A stretch of 64,000 nt of DNA. Origin: Lama glama (lineage: Eukaryota). Location of the stretch: the NCBI GenBank assembly GCA_028534125.1, contig CM052818.1:19904001-19968000 (forward strand), in the 5' to 3' direction. A program made the translations under genes and the position numbers. The notes beneath the pieces are model-generated. The model was not told where the DNA came from. It ran no database searches and was given only the letters and a program-made list of their open reading frames with translations. Numbering within the stretch: the first letter of the stretch is position 1; each line of letters starts with the position of its first letter. Below are positions 11,175-25,530 of this stretch, one piece after another.

Positions 11175-14100
11175 CTAAGGGAGAAAGAAAAACTTCATTA
11201 TTTCCATTTCTATAGTTTACTAATACTACGTACGTTAGCTTAGATGGTCAAAGAAGCTAAGTCAGGACTATCCCACACATGGAACGCATGGCATTCTGCA
11301 TAAAACAAGATAATCCCGCCTGTTTTTGTTGCTTTTCCTTTGCAAGTTCTGAACACCAGTGGGGTAAACATATGACAATATCATTAACAGCTACAATGAA
11401 ACCTTGAGAAAATAGACTGTGATTATGAGCGTTGTCCCTGGAAGCATTTTTAACTGGAAAGTTTAAACACAGAATTGACTGTACTAGATGTCTAAGTACT
11501 GTCATTTATAATAAATAATACTGTGTTCCGAATGTTTGCCAGGTTAAATAACCTGTGTGAGGAAGTATATATAGCAAGTCAAGGAGATGGGATACAAACC
11601 CAGGCATGGTGCTGCAGAACCTACGCCTTAAACCCCATATGTCTCCACTGAGACCTTAAATCTCTGCTTTCCTTGTTTGTATAGTTGTGTGTATGCGCAT
11701 GCATATGTGTGAAAACTTAAAGACAGAAACATGAAGTAAATTCACAAAACTCCCCTCCTCCACAATGTCCATTCCTGTCCTGAAATGTATTCTTCATATG
11801 TGTCTGTCCAGTTACTTTCTGTGTATGTGTATGCCTACAACTGTACATATTTAAACATCTGTACCTAGAAGAGATCATGCACTCCACATTGCTCTGTACC
11901 CTTCAGCACGTCTTGGAGATGGTTCCAGACCAGAATATGTTAGACTTCCAAGTAATTTTAAACTGCTGCTTCATATTCTGCAGAAGGGCTGTGCTATCGA
12001 TGGCTGTGTTAGCATCTATCACAAAAGGCAGTGAAGCTCCTGTTTTGCTTAGACTCTTACCTATGACACAAAATTCTGTTTATTTACATTCTAGCGCACG
12101 AACAGAGTCAGGATTCCATTTCTGTCAGGGGTTGCCTCTCATCTGGTTTCAAGGAAACTCTATTTTTGGCCTTAAGCCGCCACCCGCTTCGCTACTACAA
12201 CTGCAGGACTGTGGAGCTGAAGGCACATTAAAAACGCCCTGCACCTGGAGTTTCAGCCGTAGTATTTCTCTCCTGGAACGATCTTCCTTTCATGTCCTCT
12301 TCTGACGTTTTTCTTACTATAAGTTCAACTCAAGCATATTATTATCTCAAACCCTTGACTCTGGCATTAACCTTTTGGTTTTTCTGCGATGCTTTCAAAG
12401 GGCACACCTACAGTCTGTAGCCAAGGGCACTGAAAGATTTCTCAGGTGTTGGCTTGTACAGGACAAAAAGGGACATGCCATCCCCAGTCTTCTGGACCAG
12501 TTATTTTTAAAAGGGTAGGCCTCTAAATGGTTTGGAATGAAGAAGTGCTAATGAAGAAATTATTAATGAAGACATCGAGTGGGCAAGAAACATGTTGAAA
12601 CTCCAGTGAGTTACTACAAGAGGACTACTATCAAAAATATAGCATGTTTCAAAAATCAGTTTATGTGTTAAACAGCACAATTCGGTGCAGTAAGTATATT
12701 TTCTGTACGCCACTGCCTGTTTCACAAGCTGCCTGCTGAGAAGGGGAACGAAAAGGACTGCAATTAATCGTGGCCTTCCACTTGGCAACTACCTAGCAGT
12801 TTGCTCCTGAGCAAACTTAGGTGCAGCAAGGTTGCGGGATGGGGTGCTCTTGCCACAAATCTCTCCTCATCCACATTTCCAGATCCAATTTTCATAGAAT
12901 TAGAAATGAGGACACTATCTCACAGGATTATGAGGAATAAATGGAATAATGCAGCAACTAAGGCACTCAGCACAGTGCCAGGAGGAACTCCTTCAACGCT
13001 TTAACATAAATTTCTCATCCCGCGGGAAGCTGGTTCTCCCAGTCTCTGCAAATCCACGCAGGGTCCCATCAGTCCTGACTTTGCATCTCTCTCCAACCAC
13101 AGAGGAGAAACTCCTTTAGCAAGAAGTTAAATTTTCTATACTGGCATCAAAACACACAAATCAAACTGGGGTCTCTGGAGGATGGTATAATTTTCAGATT
13201 AATAAAAGAGAATGCTATATTATTACTGTACTAATTAGTCATTTGGGGACTCAAGAGCCTTAAGACTATTTAAAATGTAACCAAAAAAAGAGAATTATAT
13301 ATTTTTTAAGAAAATCAAATTAGATTTTTTAATGAAAATTTTACCTCATCAGGGAAATAGAACGTGCACTCTTTGTCTAGGAAGGTATTACAAGAAATAA
13401 AAAGTATGTAAATGCAAAGTTCTCTAGGAATGCTTAATAATATTAATCCAAATATCCTATAGAACATAAGTCTATTATACGGATTCCTTTCATAACCATA
13501 GTGAATACTGACTTCAACCAGAGATGTGGCCACAAAGGAGGGAAACTAATCATTTCTAGATATTTGTTAAATTGTAGGTTTTTGTTGGAATAGTTAAAAT
13601 GTGAAGAACTGGGGTTTAAAAACAAATAAAGACAAGTATGTTTAGAACTCCTTGGAAAGAAATGTTCCTTCTTAAATCTGAACTATCTACAATGAACTCC
13701 TTCTGCCTGTAATCTCCAGCTAAATAATTGGCAGTTATTATCAGAATGAGACCTCTCTGCTTCCATCCAGCCTGAGTAATTAGAAGTCTAATAATAGATA
13801 CCAAATTAAAAAAATAAATCATCCCCTGTGCATACTGCACCCTGCATCATATAAAATTGTTTATATCTACTATGCAGTATCTTGAGTACATTTAATGTGA
13901 AATTTTAGGTTTAGGGATAAATAAACTGAAGCATGCAAATCTTTCATTTCCAGCTATATATTTAAAATTTGACAATACAAAGAAAGGTAAATGTGGAACT
14001 GCCCTTACTCTTAAACAGCCACTTACCAAAGTCAGAACTTCTCAAAGCCAATTCTCTAGTGTCCTCCTAATTCACAAATCAATTTTATTTTAGCTCAAAA

Positions 14101-17100
14101 AATTTTTTAAAAGGTAGGTATTTAAACATTTCAGCTTGGTAACTGGAATGCTGCAGTGTATTAGATGCATTAAAGTGTATTAAAGACAACTGTCTTACAT
14201 CAGAACCAGGAAAAACAATGAGGAATTTGGTCAACAGGACTGTTGAACTGCTTAGTAAAATCTTTAGCTTCTTAGCAACTGGCTAAGGACCAGAGGTATC
14301 TTTTTTTTTTTTTTTTTTTAAACAGTGTGTTCTGGTAGCTTAGTGATGAGGCTCTCCATTCTCCTCAAGAGTGCTTAACCTGTGATGATGACAAGCTTCA
14401 CCCTAAGCACTGACAATCAGACAAGAATCCACAGACAATAAGAGACCAACGAAATGTGCTGAGAGGAAACAAAACACCTTCCGGTGTAACAGAGAACTGA
14501 AGTAAATGGCCATCAGTCGGGAGACCCCTTTCTATGTCCAGCTTAGCCAGCAGTGCCCAGGGGCGTCCCCACTTCTGCACCACCTTTGTCCCCTTCATGT
14601 GAACCTCGGTGCTCTCTCCCACTTAGTGAGTTCTGTTTAACATACATGTTTTTAGCATGTGTATGCCTATTTAAATATGTATTTTCAGCGAAACCTCTCA
14701 CACAGGACAGTGTTGGCCTTGCATGCTTTCTGCGCTATACTGTCACACACTGGTCACTGAACATCAGTTAGCGAAGTTGTATTGAGATCATACTGCATGA
14801 AAGATGTTCTCAGGACAGGTGCACACAAATAAAAGCAATAATCATCCCTCTGGAGCTTAGAGTTCAACTGGGAACTCATGATGTGTACATATCAAAAGTC
14901 AAATATGGGAAAGTGTACACTGGAGCAGGTAAATATATAAGTACTTAATCCAAGAAACATTAATAATCACCTACTATGTGCCCAGAATGTGCAACCATCA
15001 GGGAAATGAAGGAAGAGCAAGATACAGATCATTTCTGATGTGTAAAGCACTTCAGAAACATTTGCAAAGCTCTCACAAGATATCTGTAGGTTAGAAATAT
15101 GGCCACAAACCCGAATGAGCAACAGTACCCACAATGTACCTGGAGGCCTCCCTACAACTATGCAGACCTCCAAGCCACAGCCTAGAGAAGAAACTGCGGT
15201 GCTAACCTTGGAACATGCTTAAAGTTAGCACCGAGGAGGACAACTTGATAGCTGGGAAGAGACACAAACATTTATAACAGTCTGCTCTTAGGGAGTTCAC
15301 AGCAAGGGAGACACGTGTATGGAAACACTATATTACAAGTCAGAACGTGGTGCATACCAAGGGCAGTAATTAGGGGATGCTAAGAAAAGACTTCTTAGAA
15401 GAGCTGGCATTTGAGTTGGGCCTTACAGAATGGAGAGGGTTGGAACATATATGACCTACTAGCATGTGACCTTGGTCAAGTAACTTATTTCTTAGAGCCT
15501 TTGTTTATCAGTCTGTAAAATGGGACATTATCAGTGACAAATGCTTTGAAGACTATAAAGTGCTATAAGCATGTATTATACTTCTGAATAATCCAACATG
15601 TCATTTTGATTCAGAAAATAGCCATCTATCCATACCTATAAAAGTATGAATCTAGAATGAGAAAAAGTGGGACCACAGTGGAATAATTCTTTAACAGACA
15701 AGCCGAAGACTTCTAAAGTCTAAAACAGCTTCTGATTATTTTAAGAGATATATAAAATGTAAGGCAACAAAGTAAGACTGTCCCTGACAACTGGTGGCTT
15801 GTGGTGACTGGAGAAGCAGTAATCTCCATCTGAAACATCTGTTTTTGGTGAGAATCCCAAAATAGGTATCAGGCATGGCTCTTGAATCACTCCAACCCCA
15901 AAAGGATGCTATACTAAAGCCAAGAGGACACATGGACTGGAGGTAGCTTCTGAAGATGAAAAGTGTTTTGTCATAATCTTATAAATTATCAACATTTCTA
16001 TAATAATTCTTGGTAACAGTAGTCTATGAAACCTCATTTCCTCTGTGTAGCCCTTTTGTGGCTTTCATGTTCATTTTGTATCTAATTTTGTATAGTGAAA
16101 ATACCACTTTTCACCCCCTTAAAAATAACTGTTTTTCTAGGAAGCTGGTTTGGATTCTTTTGGAGAGTATTTTGGTAACTTTGGTTCAAAATGCATCAAT
16201 GATGAGTTTATTGAATTTGCCCACCACCTCCTACTACAGTTGGGCTAAATAAAATTTGAGGAGAATTTTTTTAAGTGCTACAAATTTCTAAGAGGTTACT
16301 ATTTTTCAAAAACTTAAAAAATATTTGGCTTTTTTTTTCCTCTTTCTTTCCTTCTTTTTTTTTAACCTTCTGTTTAGTTGTGAAGTAGTATTTACATATC
16401 ACTGGTCTGATTAGCTCTTGGTAGAAGAATTTCTGAAATGGAGGTTTTGCTTTTAACTTTCAGCAATTGTCATCTTTATATACTCCGATTATAATGTCTG
16501 TCTCCCAATTAATTTACTAATTATTTAGGAGCTAGTGAGCCAGATCTTTGGTTTCTTTTCTATTAGCATCTTCCTTTTGGCTGCCTGACTAACTCCTGTT
16601 TAGGTTAGCTGGAGGAAAAAAAAAAAAAGGACAAAAATTGAAATATGTGGGAGCAGAAAGACAGACAGCTGAACAGGCTCTGCCATTAGCTAACCGTGTC
16701 GCATGGACCTGCCTGACTTCCTCATCTCTAAAAGGAGGGGACTGAACTAGACTGCCACGTCGCATGGTTAAAAATGCTCCAAATAACACTTTTTACCCTT
16801 GTGAGCGGCCCTAGTAACAGATTTAATGTGGGTGGAAGTTTAAACTACTGCATAAAAATTGAGTTTTAGGATTCTGTTTTATCGAAGCTGACCCCACAAG
16901 GCAGAGGATCAAGCCTAGCTAAATATGGCCCTTAGGCAAGCTTCATTTCCCCATTTGTGAGGGGAGGATAAATATAGCATACACATGTGAAGATACAGGA
17001 GCGAGCTGGTCAAGTGCTTTTGAGCTCTTCAACAGACAAGCCTGACTTTCCAAAAAAAGACAAACCACAATTTCAAAGCCAATGCAATTTCTTTTGTACA

Positions 17101-17407
17101 CGGTGAGACGACTTCCTTCATTGTAAAGGACTTAGAGCTGAAATTCTACATTGTCTGGAGCTATAATTACAAGTCTCTTTCACTAAAACAGAGGTCAGCA
17201 TGCAGAAAGAAGAGCAATGTCAGGTCACACGTCTGTGTGGCATATTCCTTTTCTAACTTTTTTGGTATGAGTTTCATGTTGATGGAATAGCGATGCATTC
17301 ATCTTTTCCAACAAATAGCTGGCCACTGGGTGCTTAACACTGTGTGTGCTCCAGTGAGAGACACGGACCCCACCGCATGGAGTTCACAGTACAGCAGAGG
17401 AGAGACC

Positions 17408-17995
17408 AGAGCCTCTTAACCAGAGCAGGATGACTCTATGTCCTGGGGACACTGTGGAAATGTGGGAGGGGTTTTTGATTGTCCACATGAATGGGGGAAC
17501 TCTACCAGCATTTAGGGGTGGGAGCCAGGGTGCTCCATGACCTGTGTAAGGAGACACAGTCCCCGGTCCTGCATGACTGATGCGTATACTGCTAGGCACT
17601 GATGAATATGAGAAACCCTTTTATAACAACCTGAATCTAGGACCTAACTCTGCTGTATATTAAGAGAAAAGGACATTTACTTTATTTTGTTTATAACATG
17701 ACAGGAGTTCCTTACCACTGTAGAAAGCTGCACACCACTGGCAATACTGCTCTCAGTACTCAAATTACCACAAAAACACAACCACGTTAGTTAACTTTTG
17801 GAGCTGGGGCATTTGTGGTCATTCTGCCTATAGATGTAGGCATGTGACTACTTCATTATGATTTCTGGAGTACTGAGCCCTGGGAATATAGGAATATAAT
17901 ACTGAAATAAATATTTTTATTATGAATTATTTTCCTTTTATTTCTCTATATTACTGCTAGGAAGTTATACTGACTTAAAATGATGTGCACAGAGA
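17408..17995. mobile_element. hAT-Charlie DNA transposon relic (MER20B-like)
   Basis: ctggggacactgtggaaatgtgggaggggtttttgattgtc... resembles the MER20 family left part; the extent is approximate. Confidence 0.5.
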
Positions 17996-18783
17996 GGTCC
18001 TTCGGTTGCACCTGGGCTTCTCCTGTCATCCCATTTTTTACATTGTAGTATCACTGCCTCCTTTCTTGTCTGTTTCCTCCACAGGACTCCCTGAGGGCAG
18101 AGGACTATTCTCCAAAGCCTGGCTTATAGTAGCTGGTTATTAAATTCTTGCTGAATGAATGAGGGTAGCAGTGGGAGGTGCAGTCAGAAGAATGGTCTGC
18201 ACCTCCTTCACCAGCTACCAAGCTGGAGACCGCGGATAAAGCGTCTGAATTCTCCAGTAAGAGGCGAATTTTTTTTAGGTACTGTCACCACTTTCATACA
18301 AGAATCCAACTGCCTCGTGACATCAGGGCCATTTTTCTGTGGGGCACCAATGGGTCCAACCCACCTTCCTGAATTGTAACACAAGCCCTAAGGAGCAGAG
18401 TCTCAGACTGAGCAATTCTTCCACAGCATTTTACGTCCTGCTACTGTTTTTCACCACTGCCTTTTTTCCATCGTCTTGACCTTTATTTTACCTAGGCAGG
18501 CTGTCTGCTCCGCATCCTTCTCCTACTTGCTCCTTCTAACCCAAACTGATTTAGTTCAGGACCCACCTCTCCTCTACCCAGACACATGCCCCCGGGGAGT
18601 CTGACCCCATATTTAGCTAAAAGAAATCCTGGTTGGATTTAAGCCAATCATGGAGTTTCATTCCCCACCCCCAGGCCGAAGTCACTGGTTCCAGGGTGAG
18701 CCTATGGCCCAAGCAGTCCAATCAGAATTAAGCCATCCCTGGGTTATCTAAGGGACTCAATCTCTTCCTCCCCAGACAAAGCA

Positions 18784-19256
18784 AAGGCAGACCTCATTTT
18801 ACTGCTCTTCACTTTATTGCACTTTGCAGACACTGCATTTTTTATAAATTGAGGGTTTGTGGCAACCCTGCATCCAGCAAGTCTATCAGCACCAGTTTTC
18901 CAACAGCACTTGTTCACCTCGCGTCTGTGTGCCACATTTTGGTCATTCTTGTAATATTTCAGACTTTTAAAATCATTATTACATTGCTACAGTGATCTGT
19001 GATTAGTGATCTTTGATGTTACAACTAAGAATTTGCTGAAGGCTCAGATGACGGTGAGCATTTTTAGTAATTATTTTTTAACTTAAGGTATCTACATTGT
19101 TTTAGGCATAATACTATTGCTACTTAATAGAATCTAGTGAAAACATTACTTTTCTGTGTACTGGGAAAGCAAAAAATTCATATGTTCAATTTATTGTGAC
19201 ATTCACTTCAATGCTTGGCCTGGAACCGAACCCACAGTAACTCCCAGGTGTGCCAG
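18784..19256 (+). mobile_element. Tigger1-derived non-autonomous DNA transposon (internally deleted)
   Basis: Starts aaggcagacctcattttactgc and ends cacagtaactcccaggtgtgccag (degenerate Tigger1 TIRs); internal gtttgtggcaaccctgcatccagcaagtct and gctgaaggctcagatga are Tigger1-like. Confidence 0.85.
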
Positions 19257-20109
19257 GGGTTGCTTCCTGGGTGGGCACGTGACCTAAATAGTCCACCAGA
19301 GTGAAGTATTCCCTAGATTCCTGAAGGTAGCTCCTTTCTCACCCTTTCTCCTTCTGCTGCTCCTCTTCTCTCTCTCCCTCCCTCGCTCCTCCCCCTCCTT
19401 CAGTACGGAAGGATTTGCCACTCACTGGCCCTCTTTGCAACTCACAGAGACTGTTCAAGGACCTCCTCTCCCCTGGCCAGAGCTGTGGTCCCTGTATCAC
19501 AAGGGAGTAGATGCTACCCAGAATTAACTATTTAGAGGGAGGCATGCAGAAGTACCAGGCCTGATATGTCCAGAGGAGCAGCCCTCAAACCCCTTCAACA
19601 CCTGAGCTACAGAGGACCCTGGGCGCCGTGGAGGCAGGTCACCTGGGCTTCCCATGGGGCAAGGGCACCAACAGAATTGGGAGTTAAGGATGGGCCACAT
19701 CCAGAGGAAATACCATTTTCTTTGACTATAGACTAACACCTACCTCCTTTGCCTTTAATGCCAAGGAAGAGGCTTACAAAGACTGAAGTCTCTCATTGGC
19801 AGACACCGTTACACACGGACTTAAAATATACTAAGAACAAGCAGTCAAGAAGCAAGACAAGACCCTCTGATAAAGCCTGAAACGCTGTTTTTCTTCGTGC
19901 TCGTATAAGGCAGCCACGCTGCGCGGAGGAGTGAGGCCATGACTAACAAGCCCATTTGGAATATGAGTACTCGCACCACACTCCTTGGGCAAACACATGG
20001 TACCAGCAGACGAGGGAGGAAGGCTTTGGGCAGGTAGGCGAAATAGGGATGATCTAACTCAGTTCTCAAATATGCTTTCACAAGAGAGACCTTTTAAAAA
20101 GTACACACC

Positions 20110-20255
20110 ATTTCTGCTGGGGGATGGAAGTCTTCTGGAACTCAAGAGAGATGGAGGGTGTGCAACATCGAGAATGTACTAAATGCCACCAAACTGTACA
20201 TTTTAAAATGATTAATTTAATGCTGTGTGAATTTCACCTTAATTCAAGGAAAATA
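20110..20255 (+). mobile_element. L1MB-type 3' end fragment
   Basis: tgtgcaacatcgagaatgtactaaatgccacc...tgtacattttaaaatgattaattt...tgtgaatttcacct is a typical L1M 3' UTR terminus. Confidence 0.75.
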
Positions 20256-23059
20256 CACAGAGGTCCACAAGGGTGCAGAGCTGGGACCTGTGGGTACCCA
20301 CACACATGCGTATGCACACACAGAGATTTCTTTGAAATTCAGAGAGGTGCTGCACACGGCAGAAATACCCTTCCCCTGCAGGGAGTCCTTGGCAGAAATA
20401 CCCAAGGCATCAACTCCTCAGGACCTACAGTAATCACTGTGACACGCTTCCGTGTTGTGGAGCACAGCATACCCTCCTCCGTGCGTGTTTCATACCCCTC
20501 ACTCTGCCTGTTCTGCATCACCCTCTTCATCTCCTCCCCTCCATCTCCGTCTTGGCTCCGGCATTCTTGTACTACAGCAGGCTCCCCACAGAGCTCTCTT
20601 CCAGGCTTATTATTGAGTCCCCACATCAGGTGACCCTAGCCTTATTTCACTTCGCAGCACAGAGCCTCTTGCTCCTGCTGATGAGGAAACAGGCTCAGAG
20701 AAACTCATCACTTGTCCAAAGTCATAGGAGAGCCAGGCAGAAAGGCAGTTCTCCTAACGTCTAGTTTAGGACCCTCCTGGCCCCTCAGTTTTAAGCAAGC
20801 AGTAGATCATAGGTTTTGGACACAGATCTATTACCTCTTTGAATCACAGGCTTACTGGCTATGTAGCCTCAGACAAGTTTCTGTTCCCTTCATCTATAAA
20901 ATGGACTAAACTGTTGGAAGATGAAATGAGCTAAGGTATGACAGGCACGTAGCAGGTGTGGTGGCTGTGCGCTTACCACCATGCCCAGCAGTGCTCCTTC
21001 TCCATTCAGTTTCAGCAGACTTGGCACAGAGGAATAAATCGGTGGAAAATAAGGGTGGAGGGTAAAATCGACTTTGTGAAAAATGCTGAGATGTTTGGCT
21101 GCTTCACTAAGTGCATATATTTTATACAGCAGGCAAGAACTGAAGTCAGAGATTTTATTAAAATAACTGAAAAGAGCTAAACCAATATACCTCCAATATA
21201 TATTTTTACAACAATGGTTAACAAGACCTGAGAAGCGAAGAAGAGTCAGGATGCACATGGACTTTGATATGGTCACCTAGCCCACGCCGGCTGCTGCACA
21301 AATGCAGGTGCTTTTCAGTGGCTGCCTGTAAAATGTTCATTGGACCCACGTTTGCACCAGCATCCTTGTGCTCCCAGAAGCTTAGCCAATCCAGGAGCTG
21401 GATGGCCTACTAGAGAGAACCTGGCTAGGAAGACGTGACATTGACCAAAGTGAACCAAGCCAGTGGAACAAAATCAAAGAGAAGCAACACCACAGGCAGA
21501 CAAGGAAACAAAAACACTTTACAAGAAAAACACCAGTCATTTCAGTGTTTTGAATGTTCATTCTCTTTTGCGATCCTCATAAAACCCTTGGAGGCCATGT
21601 TGGGACAGGAGCTGTCATCCCTGCATCTGGGGTAGAGGGCAGCAGCTGAGCCCTGGGCAGTGGGTGAAGTGCTGGTGAGACTGTGGCTGGAGCAGTTGGG
21701 GCGGGGGGCGGTGGTTAACAACCCTAGAGGTGTGGACCCTACAGTCTCATCAAACTACACAGGAACTGGCAGGGTTCCTGCTCTTAGCCTTGCCCTGTAT
21801 AACCCACTAAGCTGAGTCCTGCCCAGCCTGCAGTCCATCACGTCAGCTCCTTTACAGAGTCTGGGTTGTGTGCTTCCTGGAAAATCAGACAGCATACATC
21901 TCCCTTCAGAGAGCCACTAGCTTAGTGAAGCAACCCAGTAAGGGCTGGCAGCAGAGGGAAGTCACTAAGTAGAATAATGAATTACAGATCTGGAGCCGGA
22001 GGGCCTTGTCTAAGGTCTGGCGTTGCCTCTCGTGGGCCATACCTGTGGCCCATACAAGTCATTTCAGTGTCTGTTTTCTGAGCCATTAAAGCAAAGGCAG
22101 GGGGAGGGGTAGATAATATCATCTACCTCAGAAGGTTGTTGTTATGATTAAATGGGATAAACAGGTCCAAAGAAAGCCTCCACTGTAGGCACAAGGTTAG
22201 TGACAAGAGACACACGTGCTAAATGCTGCAGAAATTCACAGGAGGGAGGATGTCCACCCCTGAGGACTGGAAAAGGCTGCACAGAATACGCTGTCCTACC
22301 TGTGCCTCTCCCCACCCCAAATCCATACAACACTCAAGCCACCTTCTCACCTAGAAAAACTGTCCCACCACCCCCTCCACCATCTCCAGAGCTGGAAGTG
22401 CCCCTTCCTGCCTCCCAATGTCATTAATACCTATAGGTGTAGTTAACGGAGGGGAACTATCGTAGGACACCCCAATAACGTGACATAAGGCTACAGGTTG
22501 AGAAGTTAATGAAAATTAAACCATAATCATTATTAGTCATCTGCAATATAGGTCATTACTAAGAGATGACCGAGATGCTTGAAAACACCCAAATCTAATC
22601 AAGGTGACTAAAACGTAACTAAAGGATGTTGTAACCTAATAAAGGATGTTTTGGCCTGTCTGAAAAAATGTTAACTGAAAGGTCACTGACTACACAGACT
22701 CTACACAGAGTCTGGCAAAGGAGACACTGCAGAGTTAGAATATTCCTGTCCATCCAGATTTGCCCAATGGTAAGCTGTTGGACATGGTGCACACACAGAT
22801 CCTGGACACTAGAAAGCCGAGCTCTCTTGTGGAAGGGATAGCTCATCACGTGGTTCCAGGGTCCAGAAGAAATTCAAATCTCCTCTAAGATCTTTTGCTC
22901 CAAAGCCTGAATCCCAAGAAAGCTTCCTATGAATTCATTTTTCCACATATCTCTGCTGCTAAGGAAAGGTACATGGGATAACAGGCACTGAAAAGATATC
23001 TATCACTAGAACTCTGCTCTTCATATTTATGTTTCCTAATTATTAAAAAAAAACAAAAC

Positions 23060-25530
23060 TAGAGAAGAATTCAGTTAAATCCCAGCCAATTGAACACACG
23101 CATTTATCTCTGATCTCTTCAGAATCCTCTGACATGTATAGCAATTAAAAAAAAGGGGCGGGGGGCACAAAGCCACAGGACAAAGCAAACAGGAAAGGAG
23201 ACAAGAGCCATACAATTTTAGAAGCTGGAAGGCAAAAGAACAAGTAGGAACTGATTTAGAAAACCCTGGTCGCCAAATTCTGGGCCAGCAGTGAGGGGAA
23301 AGTTAAGAAGCATCTCGTTCTGCACAACAGAACCCCCTAAAGGTGTGGGAACTGGAGCGGTGTGTTCTGAAAGTGGCTTGAAGGTGGAGCCACAAACAGG
23401 AGGGCAGATCGACAGTGGCTTATGAAGCAGTTAAGCCCCAGACCCTGTTCTCTAGCATGATAAACACTCTCCCCAACCCTGACGAAAGGCAGACGATATT
23501 TATTGCTTTGAAAGGGTAGACCAGAGAGTTCCCTGCGTAGGAGGACACCAGGCTCAGTTTAACATGCTGAACACACAGGCCAGGGTACAACTGAAAACTG
23601 AGACCCCTACCCTGCTTCCTCCACTCATCCCCCCAACCCCAGAACCACCAGGCAGCCCAGCAGCAACCACTCAGACAGAAGAGTGGGAGATTCTCTTCTG
23701 GGGAATATGACCAGCCCAAATGGAAGGACCAAAATGTGACATTACCGGTTCTCCAAGGAAAAGGTCCAGACAGATCACCCTATAGCAGCGGTTCTCAAAC
23801 TGGAGTAAGGGGAACAAGGGGTGATGTTGCCCCAAGGTAACATCTGGAAATGTCTGGGGACATTTTTGATCATCACAACTGGGGTAGGGTGCTACTGAAA
23901 TCTAATGGGAAGACAATAAGGGTGCTGCTAGGCATCCTACAACACGCAGGACAGCACCCACAACAAATTATCCAGCCCAAAATATCAATTGTGCTGAGGC
24001 TAAGAAACCGAGACCATCAGTCAAGGCCAGAGTCATCCAGACCCATGGATACACAGAGCTTCCCACGTTCCCCAGGGCCACTCTCACAAACAGGAGCAGA
24101 CACCTGAGGAACTGCCACAAAAGACAAAGATCAAAATGAGAGACTCTACAGGGAGACAAAAAACTTCAAAAACCTATCATTAATATCCTCAGAGAAATTA
24201 CAGAAGATATTCAAACCAAAAGCAAGCCAAACCAAACTTAGAAGATGCTAAAGGAAAAAAAAAAAAAAAAGAACATCCAAGAACAGGAAAAGATTCTTGA
24301 AAATTAAAAACAGAATCACATTTAAAGAAAAATATAATAGAAGGGGGATGGATGATAAAATTAAAGAGCTTTCCCCAAAATAAAGCAAAAAGACACAGAA
24401 AGGGCAAATGTAAGACAATCAGAGAACCACCTCAAGAGCTCCAACAGCCAAATACTGAGAGTTCTAGTGTAACAGAAGAGATTAACTGGAAGTGAAGCAA
24501 TCAAAGAAATGAGCCAAGAGAATTTCTCAGAACTGAAGGACCCGAGTTTCCAGAGTGAAAGAGCCTACAATAGCCAGCTAGATTCTACCCCAAAGACCAT
24601 AAGTGTGAAATTCCAAGGAGGAAAACCAGGTTCCTGACAACATTTCCAGGGTCACACTGGCATCAGACTTTTTAACAGCATAAATTGAAGCTAGATGGCA
24701 ATGGAGCAATGCCTTCAAAATTCTGAGGGAAAAATGATTTCCAATCTATTTGCAAACTGTCAATCAGGTATGAAGGAAATTCAAACATACCAGGTATCCA
24801 AAGTTCTCCCTACGATGCCTTTTCTCAAGAAACTAATAAGATACATGCTCCACCAAAATGAAGAAATAAACCAAGAAGACATGAAAAATAAAAATAGGGA
24901 TCTAATACAAGAGATAGAGCCAGAGGGAATCCCCAAAATGATGAAGGAAAATCCCAGGATGACAGCTGTGCAGCAGGCTAGAGGCAATTAGCCCAGCCCG
25001 GAGCAGGTCAGCAGGCTCATAAGGGACATCTCCAAGAAGAAACTGGCAGAGTACCTGATTATGTTGGAATGCATGGAAAGGCATTTGGGATAAAACAGAC
25101 ATGCAGTGAAGACTAAGCAAGGGAAGAAACAAGATACTTAGTAACTCCAGCAAAACCAATAGTCACACAAAGGGGTAAAAGTAATTATAGTACACCACAT
25201 GGGTCAACTGTGCTAACAGTGATAAAAATAAAACTATGAACCAGTAATTAAACAGAAATTACAATATAGCTACTGGGAATGGGTGGATGGGAAGTGGAAG
25301 GTATGTCCGAAAGGGAACTAGAGCTTCATCATTCATGATGCAAAGTCAAAAGAGGATTTTTTTTTTTTTTTACCGAAATAAACAGCTAAAAATTGAGAGT
25401 GGGAAAAGACTTTTCTGTAGGGAAGTGGAGACGGATCTTTGGTTTCTCCTTAACAGGCTCTTATAGAACTGTTGACTCTTTAAATCATCTGCATATATAA
25501 TTTTAATAAAAAATAAAGTGACTTTTTTTA
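23060..25530 (+). mobile_element. HAL1 / old L1 ORF1-like element, interrupted by MER20
   Basis: A-rich ORF1-like sequence (gcaatggagcaatgccttcaaaattctgagggaaaaatgatttcc) and HAL1-like 3' part (tcccaggatgacagctgtgcagcaggctagagg). Confidence 0.7.
23786..24012 (+). mobile_element. MER20 hAT-Charlie DNA transposon
   Basis: cagcggttctcaa...aatgtctggggacatttttgatcatcacaactgggg...gtgctgaggctaagaaacc follows MER20 end to end. Confidence 0.88.
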
